This document shows positions 29,361 through 39,071 of a stretch of DNA of 64,000 nucleotides, piece by piece; positions within the stretch are counted from its first letter, which is position 1; every line of letters starts with the position of its first letter. The notes beneath the pieces are model-generated. The model worked only from the letters and a program-made list of their open reading frames with translations. It made no database searches and was not told where the DNA came from. The stretch is from a virus (Duplodnaviria; Caudoviricetes): the IMG/VR virus record IMGVR_UViG_3300033076_001354, positions 93,624 to 157,623 of that record; one strand, given 5' to 3'. Position numbers and translations under genes: made by a program.

Positions 29361-29896
29361 ACATATTCTACATCAGTGAAGACCCGTTCGAAGCCGCTCA
29401 GATGATGGTCGACAAGCACGTCGTCAAGATGATCCTCGAGTCTGCGCAGCTTCTTTCAACCGCGCATCGCATCATCGACGGCGAGGAGTTCGTCGGCCAG
29501 TCTCTGTCCGGTAGAAAAGCTAAGCGCTGGCGATTGCCCGATCAGCGCGACGCGGTTCTGTATCAAGCCACACACATCAACCACCCATCGGCGGTCTGGT
29601 GCCGTGAGACTTCCGAGAACTACTACTGGCTGTTCAGGCACTTCGCCGCTCTGATGGCCGAGTACACTTATCGCTACGGCAAGAAGCACAAGTGCGACGG
29701 ACCTCTGTCGGTCTCGCTGATGCAGGCTCCCCTCGGAATCACCAAAGGCAAGATGACGAAGATGCCGTCGGCGATGGACGATCAGTACAAGATCAGTGAA
29801 GACCCATTGACAAACTACAGAAATTATTATAAGATCGGTAAATCTAGAATGCACAGATGGACCAAACGACAACCTCCGGAATGGATAGCAGCATGA
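29357..29896 (+). CDS. Pyrimidine-dimer DNA glycosylase (DenV)-like protein
   Basis: 'MNIF', 'DKHVVKMILESAQLLST', 'H.NHPS..W', 'YRNYY'. Confidence 0.75.
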   Translation: MNIFYISEDPFEAAQMMVDKHVVKMILESAQLLSTAHRIIDGEEFVGQSLSGRKAKRWRLPDQRDAVLYQATHINHPSAVWCRETSENYYWLFRHFAALMAEYTYRYGKKHKCDGPLSVSLMQAPLGITKGKMTKMPSAMDDQYKISEDPLTNYRNYYKIGKSRMHRWTKRQPPEWIAA

Positions 29897-30294
29897 GCAA
29901 AGATTGGGTAGACGACATCTTTAAGATGCACCAGTACTACGGTGTACATCCAAAGATCAATGATATGAACAACGAGACTCTCAAGACGTTCTTGGAGTTT
30001 CGCAAGTTCTTTCTTCAAGAAGAACTCGACGAGTTGAAGAACGCCGAGAGCGCCGAAGACGTGGTCGACGCGTTGATCGACCTCTGCGTCGTAGCGATCG
30101 GTACTCTCGATGCGTTCGGTGTCAACTCGTACGAAGCTTGGGACGAAGTTCTACGGGCAAACATGTCTAAGCAGACCGGTGTCAAAGCTTCCAGACCTAA
30201 TCCTCTGGGACTTCCAGATTTGATCAAGCCCGAGGGTTGGGTCGGTCCGGATCACTCTGGAAACCATGGAAACCTTACAAAAATCTTTGGTTGA
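29893..30294 (+). CDS. MazG/HisE-like NTP pyrophosphohydrolase
   Basis: 'LQEELDEL', 'VDALIDL', 'V..ANMSK', 'KPEGW..P'. Confidence 0.8.
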   Translation: MSKDWVDDIFKMHQYYGVHPKINDMNNETLKTFLEFRKFFLQEELDELKNAESAEDVVDALIDLCVVAIGTLDAFGVNSYEAWDEVLRANMSKQTGVKASRPNPLGLPDLIKPEGWVGPDHSGNHGNLTKIFG

Positions 30295-30325
30295 CATTTT
30301 AATCTAGATTTGATATACTTGGATT

Positions 30326-30592
30326 ATGAAACGAGAACTCTTCGACACCCAAGTACTTCAGAGTCTAGATAAACTGACTCTCGATCAAGCGCGCGAGACC
30401 GCTCTCGGCCTCGTTGATAAGATGCCTAAGAAGTCGATCAATCAAGCGACTTCCGTCAATCGCATCACACACGACTTAAACAAAGCAAAAACGCCCGCAG
30501 AAGTAGCCCGAATCATGTATCAGGTCTACCTCTCGGGCGTTGGTCTTGGTACAGTCGGTTCAGCATGGAAGAAGCACTATGACAACGTTTAG
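30326..30592 (+). CDS. Hypothetical protein (probably leaderless mRNA)
   Basis: TTGACA(30291)-17-TATACT(30314) ends 7 nt before the ATG; no SD. Confidence 0.65.
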   Translation: MKRELFDTQVLQSLDKLTLDQARETALGLVDKMPKKSINQATSVNRITHDLNKAKTPAEVARIMYQVYLSGVGLGTVGSAWKKHYDNV

Positions 30593-31025
30593 TACGACTG
30601 CCGAACTCATTGGTGACATCGGTGAAGTTGTAGTTCAAGAATTCTTCAATTCTACTCGAAGCGTATATAAGTACGACGCCGAGAAAGACGGCACGATCGA
30701 ACAGATGAAGTACGCGGTCAAAACTTTCCGACTAAATAAGTCGACCCGCGGATTCTGGATGAGCGACAATAAGACGAAGATTATGTGGAAGAACGTCGAC
30801 GCGGCTGATCTCCTCTTCTTTATTCGAGTTCCAGAAACCATCAACGATCCCGCTGAGTTGTACTTAGCGATCGACCATCGCAATAGCTACAACATGGTCT
30901 CAACGAATTCTGGAATCCCATGTAGAAACTACCCGTTGACAAAATGTTTAAAGCTGTGTAATATAACAGAAGATCGTTCGCGTATGTTGTACGAGAACTC
31001 AGTTCAGCTCAGGAGAGTGGCGTGA
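30579..31025 (+). CDS. Hypothetical protein, possible PD-(D/E)XK nuclease fold
   Basis: 'IGDIGE..V', 'KDG', 'AVKT' arrangement loosely fits the restriction-like fold. Confidence 0.45.
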   Translation: MTTFSTTAELIGDIGEVVVQEFFNSTRSVYKYDAEKDGTIEQMKYAVKTFRLNKSTRGFWMSDNKTKIMWKNVDAADLLFFIRVPETINDPAELYLAIDHRNSYNMVSTNSGIPCRNYPLTKCLKLCNITEDRSRMLYENSVQLRRVA

Positions 31026-31417
31026 CAGATAAAGAATCCGTGAAAGTGCTTCAAGAGTGCATCGACCTGCAGCTCAAGAAGTCCCAAGACTATCAGAACC
31101 CGAACTCAAACGTAGTTCAAGCCATGCACTATCGTCGCGGCATCGACACGATCCACGATACTCTGCAGGGCAAGCTGTATCGCGCTCAGTCTTTGCTTGA
31201 GTCCGGTCGAGCCGACAGCGCGAACTTTGAGTCGCTCGAAGATACCTACAAAGACTTGATCAACTACGCTTCGTTCGCAGTTGCTTGGCTGCGCGGCGGC
31301 ATCGAGGGTCAGAACCCAGATCGCGACATCTTCAACAGAAATAAAGTCACGCCGCCCATCAGTACAAATCCAGCTTGGCGCGACTTCACTCCAGAAGAAC
31401 TGGCGAACCGCAAATGA
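31022..31417 (+). CDS. DUF1599-like nucleotide-modification-associated protein
   Basis: 'KKSQDY', 'K..R', 'EDTYKDLINYA'; adjacent to the gp42-like gene. Confidence 0.65.
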   Translation: MTDKESVKVLQECIDLQLKKSQDYQNPNSNVVQAMHYRRGIDTIHDTLQGKLYRAQSLLESGRADSANFESLEDTYKDLINYASFAVAWLRGGIEGQNPDRDIFNRNKVTPPISTNPAWRDFTPEELANRK

Positions 31418-32076
31418 GATACCTCAACGCAATGAGCATCGACGACATACGCAGAGTCTTTACATGGCGTCTACAAGATAATGAGTTCGTGACTGATAAG
31501 TCAGGCGTCAAGATGCTCGAGATCATGAACGCCAGCTTCATCGCAGATCAACCAGCGATCTTTGGCACAGTCAATGAAGACTACGTCAAGCGCGAGCTTG
31601 AGTGGTACGAGTCGATGTCGCGCAATGTCAACGATATTCCCGGCGGGCCTCCAGCAATCTGGCAGCAAGTCGCGAGCGAGAACGGCGAGATAAACTCGAA
31701 CTACGGCTGGTGCATCTGGTCAGACGCGAACTACGCGCAGTACGACAACGTCGTCGCTGAGCTGCAGCGCAACCCTGAGTCTCGACGCGCGACCATGATC
31801 TATACGCGTCCGAGCATGTGGCTCGACTACAGCCGCGACGGCATGAGCGACTTCATGTGCACGAACACTGTGCAGTATATGATTCGCGGCGATCGCCTGC
31901 ACGCTCTTGTGTACATGCGATCCAACGACGTGGTGTTTGGATATAAGAACGATCGCGCTTGGCAGAAGCACGTGCACGATCTCCTCTGCGATGAGCTCGG
32001 CTACGAGCCGGGACACATCTATTGGAATGTCGCCTCGCTTCATGTGTATGAGAGGCACTTCGACCTTGTCAAGTGA
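31414..32076 (+). CDS. gp42: dCMP hydroxymethylase (T4 gp42-like)
   Basis: Closely follows T4 gp42 as recalled: 'EINSNYGW', 'SRR..MIYTRPSM', 'DGMSDFMCTNTVQY', 'MRSNDVVFG.(K/R)ND', 'SLHVY.RHF'. Asp at the dCMP-specificity position. Confidence 0.92.
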   Translation: MRYLNAMSIDDIRRVFTWRLQDNEFVTDKSGVKMLEIMNASFIADQPAIFGTVNEDYVKRELEWYESMSRNVNDIPGGPPAIWQQVASENGEINSNYGWCIWSDANYAQYDNVVAELQRNPESRRATMIYTRPSMWLDYSRDGMSDFMCTNTVQYMIRGDRLHALVYMRSNDVVFGYKNDRAWQKHVHDLLCDELGYEPGHIYWNVASLHVYERHFDLVK

Positions 32077-32569
32077 TAGGTGGCTGGAACACTACTTCAA
32101 TCTCGCGAAGCAGGTGGCGAGCTGGTCTAAAGACCCGAGCACCAAAGTGGGTGCGGTGGCCGTAGGCAAACACGGACAGATCGCTTCGCAGGGATACAAC
32201 GGCTTTCCGCGTGGAATCAAAGACACGGAAGCTAGGCTGAGCGATCGCGGACAGAAGTATAAGTTCGTCGTTCACGCCGAGATGAACTGCATCTACAACG
32301 CGACGTTGAACGGAGTCAGTCTTGATAATGCAGATCTTTATGTGTTTGGCCTTCCTGTGTGTTCTGAATGCGCTAAGGGAGTCATCCAAGTAGGTGTCAA
32401 ACGGGTGTACATGTGCTACCCCACGACGATTCCTGAGAAGTGGAAAGAATCGTTCGAACTATCAGCGAGCATGTTGTATGAAGCGGGCGTCGGATTTAGC
32501 ATCTATGAAAAAGATCTTAGTAGTTGGAATGAACCCATCAAATACACCGGGAACGGTGACGGGCGTTGA
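32066..32569 (+). CDS. cd: dCMP deaminase
   Basis: SKDPSTKVGAV, GYNG, HAE, PVCSEC. Confidence 0.9.
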   Translation: MSSDRWLEHYFNLAKQVASWSKDPSTKVGAVAVGKHGQIASQGYNGFPRGIKDTEARLSDRGQKYKFVVHAEMNCIYNATLNGVSLDNADLYVFGLPVCSECAKGVIQVGVKRVYMCYPTTIPEKWKESFELSASMLYEAGVGFSIYEKDLSSWNEPIKYTGNGDGR

Positions 32570-32882
32570 GCGAAAGAACACTACGTTCGATAAGCTTCAC
32601 AAGTGGTTCACCTATTCTGGTGTTCAGTATTTCTCTTTCGTAAATACAACCGACAAGCGCGGTGAGATAAAAGCTTCAGACATAGATTGGGATACACTCA
32701 AGCTGTGTCTAGAAGGTCACACCAAAGTTATTGCTCTCGGTGGGTTCGCCTCGAGCGCGCTGAAGAGGCTAAATATACAGCATCACAAACTTCCGCACCC
32801 GTCCCCACGAAACAGGAAGTTCAACGACGCGTCCTACGAGCCTATGGTTATGAAAGAATTGAAAAGGTACATTAGAAAATGA
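32505..32882 (+). CDS. Small uracil-DNA-glycosylase-superfamily protein
   Basis: 'ILVVGMNPS' (motif A-like), 'VIALG', 'LPHPSPRN' (motif B). Confidence 0.7.
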   Translation: MKKILVVGMNPSNTPGTVTGVERKNTTFDKLHKWFTYSGVQYFSFVNTTDKRGEIKASDIDWDTLKLCLEGHTKVIALGGFASSALKRLNIQHHKLPHPSPRNRKFNDASYEPMVMKELKRYIRK

Positions 32883-34111
32883 GAGTGGCTATCCTTATGG
32901 GTCGCGGCATCGAGGGATGCGGCGTCTCGAAGTTTACGATTGAGATGGCGAAGTACCTGCAGAAGCATGGGCACGAATACGTCGTCATCGCCGCCAAGGA
33001 CAAGACTTGGTCGCGCAAGAACTCACATGAGATGCCCAACCTCATGTACATTAAGTTCGCCGATGACGGCTCGGTGGATCACGTGGCCGACGCCTGCAAC
33101 TCATGCGACTTGGTAGTCATCAACTCGCTCCCGCCGTTCGCGTACAAGAAGAACTTGAACTACGACGTTAAGGTCGCTGAGAACTTCCGTAAGATACTTC
33201 AGCAGATCACAGCGCCGACGGTGTTGTTTCAGCACGACCACAACAAGATCTCCATCACGCGCAACGACTGCTTGAAAGAATCTATCGAGAAGTCGAAGGT
33301 GTTGTTTGCGCACTCTCCGACCGGTGACTTCGCCGGCGTCGTCGAGAGCATGTCAGAAGCCGGCGGGGTGATGGGATTCTTTGGAGGCGAAGCGCCGAAG
33401 AAGGAGATCTTAAACTTCCAACCGGGAATGTACTTCGACGAAGTTCGCCAGAAGTATTGGAAGCCCATCGAACAGACCGACAAGATGTGCCACCGATGGA
33501 TCGGCCGCATGGCGCTGTGGAAGGGTCCGCGACTCATGTTCGACTTCCATGAGAAACACCTGCGCAAGATGAACGCACTCACGATCCTTGAAGGCATGGA
33601 GAAGTCTCTCGCTTTTGTTGAGATCAAGCAGAAGTATTCTTTCCAGTACTTCAACACCGAGAACCCAAACAACGTAGACTTCGCTCCTTGGTACGGCAAC
33701 ACGGCCACCGTGTTCTCATTCTATAAGAACCATGAGCTTCTCGAGCGCTTGTCGAAGTCGGGCTACGGCTACCAGCTCTCGCTTCTAGATCCTAGGTACA
33801 TCAAGCGATCGATCGAGTACACGCACTGCGAGGTTGCAGCCACGGGAGCGATCCCAGTGTTCCACAAGGGATACGGCGAAGCATGCACGCATCGAGTGCT
33901 CGGTAAACCCTTGACAGAATGCAAGGACAGTGGTACTATATGGTTATCGAATGAGAACATGGAGCAGTGCGCAGACTTGATCGCCACGCTGAACACCGAC
34001 GACGGACTCCGCAACGAGTACCGCGAGAAAGCCTATGAGTTCTATAAGTCACATCAAGACGCAGACGCTGTCTTCGACGAAGCGTTTAAACTGATCGGAG
34101 AAGCAAAGTGA
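32879..34111 (+). CDS. agt: DNA alpha-glucosyltransferase (T4 a-gt-like)
   Basis: 'GRGIEGCGV.KF', 'QHDH', 'NFQP', 'RWIGR...WKG', 'GYQLS', 'EYTH.E....G.IPVF', 'REKAYEF...HQD' match T4 a-gt as recalled. Confidence 0.9.
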   Translation: MRVAILMGRGIEGCGVSKFTIEMAKYLQKHGHEYVVIAAKDKTWSRKNSHEMPNLMYIKFADDGSVDHVADACNSCDLVVINSLPPFAYKKNLNYDVKVAENFRKILQQITAPTVLFQHDHNKISITRNDCLKESIEKSKVLFAHSPTGDFAGVVESMSEAGGVMGFFGGEAPKKEILNFQPGMYFDEVRQKYWKPIEQTDKMCHRWIGRMALWKGPRLMFDFHEKHLRKMNALTILEGMEKSLAFVEIKQKYSFQYFNTENPNNVDFAPWYGNTATVFSFYKNHELLERLSKSGYGYQLSLLDPRYIKRSIEYTHCEVAATGAIPVFHKGYGEACTHRVLGKPLTECKDSGTIWLSNENMEQCADLIATLNTDDGLRNEYREKAYEFYKSHQDADAVFDEAFKLIGEAK

Positions 34112-35304
34112 AGCACGCGACAATCGTACCCCTTATCGGAGGTGAGACGCTCGGGTCTGAGAGAGCTTTTGGTTCTCGACCCGAGTGGCTTGCTTCCTAC
34201 GAGCCGTTCATGGCGAACGACAGCCACCTATTGAACTACTACAACAACGAGGTTCCTTATCACCTCATCGATAAGGGCGACTTCCCTAAGACCAAGGTCG
34301 ACGTGATCAGCACCGTGTGTCCGTGCGCCGGTCTATCGCAGCTGTCGCACGGCTTCGGCGATCACAACCCAAACAACAAGTGGATGACTGAGACGGCGAA
34401 GTACGTGCTCGGTGAGCTTAAGCCCGAAGTGTTCTGGGGTGAGAATGCACCGGGATTCGCCGGTAAGATCGGTGAGAACGTTCGCAACCAAGTTCGCCAG
34501 ATCGGTCTCGACAACGGATACAGTATGACGGTGTATCGCACGCGTTCGCTGCTTCACGGTGTCGCACAGGTTCGCGAGCGCTCGTTCTACTTCTTCTGGA
34601 AAGGCGACAAGGTTCCCGTGTTGAACTTCTACAACCGCGAGCGCCCAACGATCGAAGACACAATCACCGGCGTCACGTCTAACTTCCAGATGGATCCGAT
34701 CAATCCAAAGACGCCGTCGAAGGACGACCCGTACTATCGCTTCATCCTTGAGCACATCCACGGTGGGATCAGCCATCGCGACTTCTGTAAGAATGTTGAA
34801 CCAGCTAAGGCTCGAGGACAAGACGTTTTATCATATATAGAACGAGTGGGCGTCGACTACAACGAGGTCGCCGAGTGGATGGGTCGCAACGGCTATCCAA
34901 AAGAAGTCGACAAGTGCAAGGGCCGCAAGGCAAAGATGGCGGCGGGTGGAAACATCATGCGCCGCGGAACCATCGTTCCACGAGACTACATCGGCGCGTT
35001 CGTCGGCCACTACCCAATGATGTTGACGCATCCGGTTGAAGACCGCTACATAACATACAGGGAAGCCATGACGATCATGGGACTACCGCAAGACTTTGAA
35101 CTGCTCAACCCAAAGAAGAGCGCAAACCACATCTGTCAAAATGTACCAGTGAGCACCGCACATGACATGGCAACCGAAGTTAGGGAATACCTTAGCGGAA
35201 ACCGAGAACTCGTATCATCTCGTCTCGCTTTCCAATACAACTTCTCAAGAACAAACGAGTTTCTTGGGGACACAACTTCAGCAGCACTCGACGCCTTCTT
35301 CTGA
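34108..35304 (+). CDS. C5 cytosine DNA methyltransferase-like protein
   Basis: Motif IV PC (CPCAGLS), VI ENAP, VIII QVRER, IX RYITYRE...MGLP.DF. Motif I (PLIGG) and X (CQNV) are degenerate. Confidence 0.75.
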   Translation: MKHATIVPLIGGETLGSERAFGSRPEWLASYEPFMANDSHLLNYYNNEVPYHLIDKGDFPKTKVDVISTVCPCAGLSQLSHGFGDHNPNNKWMTETAKYVLGELKPEVFWGENAPGFAGKIGENVRNQVRQIGLDNGYSMTVYRTRSLLHGVAQVRERSFYFFWKGDKVPVLNFYNRERPTIEDTITGVTSNFQMDPINPKTPSKDDPYYRFILEHIHGGISHRDFCKNVEPAKARGQDVLSYIERVGVDYNEVAEWMGRNGYPKEVDKCKGRKAKMAAGGNIMRRGTIVPRDYIGAFVGHYPMMLTHPVEDRYITYREAMTIMGLPQDFELLNPKKSANHICQNVPVSTAHDMATEVREYLSGNRELVSSRLAFQYNFSRTNEFLGDTTSAALDAFF

Positions 35305-35335
35305 ACTCAAGCACCTTGGACTAGAGGATGTAGTA

Positions 35336-35626
35336 GTGAAAAAAAATGACTACAAGTACAACGAAGACCTGTACATTTCAGAAATCGCGGATTATATTAG
35401 TAAGACATACGGTGAGCACTACTCGCGGAACAAGTTCCAAGCTACTGAGTTCATCATAGATTCCGGTCACGGCACCGGCTTCTGCGTCGGCAACGTCCTA
35501 AAGTACGCACAGCGCTACGGGCGCAAGGGCACTCCCGACGACTGGAGAAAAGACCTCATGAAGGTGATCCACTACGCGATCATCCAGATGCACGTGCACG
35601 ACATCACGTACGAGGACGACAAGTGA
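35336..35626 (+). CDS. DUF3310-like protein
   Basis: 'TY.EHY', 'GFCVGNVLKY..RYGRK', 'DLMKVIHY'. Confidence 0.75.
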   Translation: MKKNDYKYNEDLYISEIADYISKTYGEHYSRNKFQATEFIIDSGHGTGFCVGNVLKYAQRYGRKGTPDDWRKDLMKVIHYAIIQMHVHDITYEDDK

Positions 35627-35811
35627 AGAAGTTTCTACAATACGTAAAGCATTCAAACGTAAACGTCGCGCTCAGCTTGAATCCGTTCAAGTGGCGCGTT
35701 TATATTGATTGGTCTAGACACAGCGACATGGATCCTGGGCTGTTGCTAGATTTTCTATTGATTTTAGGTCCACTAAAGATTGCAATGATCATCGATGACG
35801 GGAGTTGGTAA
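35623..35811 (+). CDS. Hypothetical protein
   Basis: Coupled ORF with GAGG SD. Confidence 0.5.
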   Translation: MKKFLQYVKHSNVNVALSLNPFKWRVYIDWSRHSDMDPGLLLDFLLILGPLKIAMIIDDGSW

Positions 35812-35813
35812 CG

Positions 35814-36680
35814 ATGGAAATCCAGATTAAAGTTGAAGAGCTTCAGAAGAAAAAGCTCTTCGTAGCTACACCTATGTACGGCGGCCAGTGTAACGGTATG
35901 TACGCCCGCTCGATGTGTGACTTGACGGCCATGTGCTTGAAGTACGGTATCGAGATGCGATCCTACTTCCTGTTCAACGAGTCGCTCATCACTCGCGCCA
36001 GAAACTATTGTGTTGACGAATTCCTGCGCTCGGGTTATACTCATCTTATGTTCATCGACTCGGACATCGGCTTCAACCCGCAAGACGTGCTCGCTCTCTT
36101 GGCTCTTCAGACCGACGAGTCACCGTACGACATCATCGGCGGCGCTTATCCTAAGAAGTGCATCACTTGGGAAAAGATCAAGATGGCGGTCGACAAGGGC
36201 GTTGCCGATGAGAACCCAGCGCTGCTCGAAGACTTCGTCGGCGACTTCGTGTTCAATCCAGTCATGGAGAAGGGTGAAGCCTCGAAGTCGATTCGCCTCG
36301 ATGAGCCGGCAGAAGTGCTTGAGATCGGCACGGGCTTCATGATGATTCGCCGCGCGACTTTCGAAGAATACGCAAAGAAGTTCCCGAACATCATGTACAA
36401 GCCCGACCACGTTCGCACCGCGGAGTTCGACGGTACGCGTAAGATCGGTATGTACTTCCAAGCTGAGGTCGATCCTGAGTCTGAGCGCTACCTCTCAGAA
36501 GACTACCTCTTCTGTCAGAACTCACGCAAGACCGGTATGAAAGTTTGGCTCTGCCCATGGATGCACCTGCAGCACGCAGGCTTCTACACCTTCGGTGGCA
36601 AGCTCGCGGCACTGGCGTCGATCGGTGCCTCCGCCACGGCCGATCCGGCACAGATCGCAGCGACAAAAGTAAAGAAGTGA
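35814..36680 (+). CDS. GT-A fold glycosyltransferase-like protein
   Basis: 'VATPMYGG', 'ESLITRARN', DxD (IDSDI), 'GTGFMMI', 'LSEDY.FC'. Confidence 0.8.
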   Translation: MEIQIKVEELQKKKLFVATPMYGGQCNGMYARSMCDLTAMCLKYGIEMRSYFLFNESLITRARNYCVDEFLRSGYTHLMFIDSDIGFNPQDVLALLALQTDESPYDIIGGAYPKKCITWEKIKMAVDKGVADENPALLEDFVGDFVFNPVMEKGEASKSIRLDEPAEVLEIGTGFMMIRRATFEEYAKKFPNIMYKPDHVRTAEFDGTRKIGMYFQAEVDPESERYLSEDYLFCQNSRKTGMKVWLCPWMHLQHAGFYTFGGKLAALASIGASATADPAQIAATKVKK

Positions 36681-36696
36681 TTGGAGACTATACATT

Positions 36697-37359
36697 ATGA
36701 AATTAAGTGACAACACCATCGCGATCTTGAAAAACTTCGCAACCATCAACCCGTCGATCCTGGTCCGTCCAGGATCGACACTCTCCACAATCTCACAGCA
36801 GAAGTCGATCTTCGCCAAAGCGACGGTTGAAGAAACGTTTCCGCGTGAGTTCGCCATCTATGAACTGACTAAGTTCCTCGGCGTTCTCTCGCTCTTCAAT
36901 GAGCCTGAGATCGAGTTCAAAGAAAAGTCGATGCTCATCAAGTCCGGCAAGCAGCAGATCAGCTACACTTACGCCGAGTCGTCGATGATCGTATCGGCTC
37001 CCGAGAAAGACATCACCTTCCCTGAGCCTGAGATCGACTTCAACATCACTCAAGAAGAACTCCAGAAAGTGGTGCGCGCGACGGGCGTTCTCCAAGTTCC
37101 AGACGTCAGCATTCAGGGCAACAAAGAAAAAGTTCGCGTCTACGCCATGAACTCTAAGAACCCGACGACCGATACGTTCAGCATCGACGTGGGTGAGACC
37201 GACAAGCACTTCGACATGATCTTCAAAGCCGAGAACATCATCAAGCTCGTTCCGGCGAACTATAACGTAAAGATCTCGTCGAAGGGTTTAGCCCTGTACA
37301 CTTCCGATAAAATAAGTTACTATGTAGCTACTGAGTCCAACAGCAGCTATCAGGGGTGA
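36697..37359 (+). CDS. gp45: Sliding clamp gp45
   Basis: 'MKLS..T..ILKNF..IN.S', 'FAIY.L..FL'; synteny with gp44/62. Confidence 0.93.
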   Translation: MKLSDNTIAILKNFATINPSILVRPGSTLSTISQQKSIFAKATVEETFPREFAIYELTKFLGVLSLFNEPEIEFKEKSMLIKSGKQQISYTYAESSMIVSAPEKDITFPEPEIDFNITQEELQKVVRATGVLQVPDVSIQGNKEKVRVYAMNSKNPTTDTFSIDVGETDKHFDMIFKAENIIKLVPANYNVKISSKGLALYTSDKISYYVATESNSSYQG

Positions 37360-38297
37360 GCATGGAAGAGTTCCTTTGGGTCGAGAAGTATCGGCCAAAG
37401 ACTATCGAAGACTGCGTGCTTCCGGAAGAACTGAAGAGTACTTTCCAGAAGTTCGTCGACAACAAAGAGATTCCCAACCTACTTTTAACGGGTAGCGCAG
37501 GCGTTGGTAAGACTACGGTTGCTCGAGCTATGCTCGAGCAGATCGGCGCCGACTACATTGTGATCAACGGGAGTATGAATGGAAACATCGACACACTACG
37601 AAACGAGATCCTACAGTTTGCTTCCTCAGTATCTTTTACTGGAAGCAGGAAATACGTCATCCTCGACGAAGCAGACTACCTCAACGCCAACTCAACCCAA
37701 CCAGCTCTACGAAATTTCATGGAAGAATTCTCAAGGAACTGTGGGTTCATACTCACCTGTAACTTCAGAAACCGCATCATTGAGCCCCTACACTCTCGTT
37801 GTTCCGTCGTCGAGTTCAAGATTTCCAAAGCGGATCTTCCTAGACTTGCGGCACAATTCTTCAAGCGCGTACTGGGAATTCTCGATGGAAATGGAGTGAA
37901 GTTTGACAAAGCTGTTGTTGCTGAGCTTATTCAGCGTCACCTGCCTGATTGGCGTCGCGTGCTTAATGAACTACAGAGATACTCCGTAAATGGAACCATC
38001 GACACTGGAATTTTTGCTAACCACGGCGCTAGTGCTTTTGCTGATCTGGTCGACATTCTAAAGCAGAAGAAGTTCGGCGAGATGCGTAAGTGGGTAGGAG
38101 AGAACTCCGACATGGACTCGACCACTCTCTTCCGTAAGTTCTACGACACGGCCTACGAGAAGGTCAACCCCAAGTCGATCCCCGAGCTCGTCCTCATCAT
38201 CGCCAAGTACCAGTACCAAGCGGCGTTCGTGGCGGATCACGAGATCAACACAGCGGCGTTCTTGACCGAGGTCATGATGGCGACGGAGTTCGTATGA
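37356..38297 (+). CDS. gp44: Clamp loader large subunit gp44
   Basis: WVEKYRP, GSAGVGKT, DEAD, SRC. Confidence 0.96.
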   Translation: MSMEEFLWVEKYRPKTIEDCVLPEELKSTFQKFVDNKEIPNLLLTGSAGVGKTTVARAMLEQIGADYIVINGSMNGNIDTLRNEILQFASSVSFTGSRKYVILDEADYLNANSTQPALRNFMEEFSRNCGFILTCNFRNRIIEPLHSRCSVVEFKISKADLPRLAAQFFKRVLGILDGNGVKFDKAVVAELIQRHLPDWRRVLNELQRYSVNGTIDTGIFANHGASAFADLVDILKQKKFGEMRKWVGENSDMDSTTLFRKFYDTAYEKVNPKSIPELVLIIAKYQYQAAFVADHEINTAAFLTEVMMATEFV

Positions 38298-38716
38298 ACC
38301 CCTTCGACTTCGTCAACGCGATAAACACGACCAAGAAAGACCTGATCCGCGACTCAGAGAACCCTGAGCTCGCGGAAAAGTCGTACAACCCGTTCCTCAT
38401 CAATCGGGCCCTGTCCTACTTCATCGACACGATCCTGTACGCGAACGAGATGAACGTTCACAATACGGCTGAAAAACAGCTGCAAAACGACTATCTTATA
38501 AATAGTATTAGGAAAGGTAAGCGTTTCTCGAAGTGGGCGAAGGCCATCGAGGAACCTGATGTTCAGTGCGTGCAGGAATTCTACAAGATAAGCTATAGAC
38601 GGGCTCTTGAAGTCTATGGTGTCCTTACGAAAGAACAGATCGACCTTATAAAAGAAAAGTTAATAAAAGGCGGTACTGATGTTCAATCTAAGCCAACTAG
38701 TCGAGGTTCGACTTAG
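38294..38716 (+). CDS. gp62: Clamp loader small subunit gp62
   Basis: 'Y.PF.INR.LS...DT..YANEMN', 'R.FSKW'. Confidence 0.92.
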   Translation: MNPFDFVNAINTTKKDLIRDSENPELAEKSYNPFLINRALSYFIDTILYANEMNVHNTAEKQLQNDYLINSIRKGKRFSKWAKAIEEPDVQCVQEFYKISYRRALEVYGVLTKEQIDLIKEKLIKGGTDVQSKPTSRGST

Positions 38717-39071
38717 ATCCCCAGAAGACTTTCTAAAGGTGAAGGAGACCCTCTCGAGAATCGGGCTCGCTTCGAAGAAAGACAACACCCTCTACCAATC
38801 TTGCCACATACTCCATAAGCAGGGGCGATACTACATCGTTCACTTCAAGGAGTTGTTCATGCTCGACGGCAAGCCGGCCGACTTCTCGGAGACCGACGTA
38901 GCGCGCAGGAACAGGATAGCGCTGCTTCTGGACGAATGGGCTTTGATCGAGATCGTCGACAAGTTCAAGGTTCAAGAGCCTCTCGCACCTATCAATCAAG
39001 TCAAGATAATCCCGTACAAGGAAAAGTCACAATGGAACCTAGTGACGAAGTACACGATCGGGAACCGATAA
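38679..39071 (+). CDS. regA: Translational repressor RegA
   Basis: 'DFLKVKETL.RIG', 'LYQSCHILHKQG.YYIVHFKELF'. Confidence 0.96.
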   Translation: MFNLSQLVEVRLRSPEDFLKVKETLSRIGLASKKDNTLYQSCHILHKQGRYYIVHFKELFMLDGKPADFSETDVARRNRIALLLDEWALIEIVDKFKVQEPLAPINQVKIIPYKEKSQWNLVTKYTIGNR

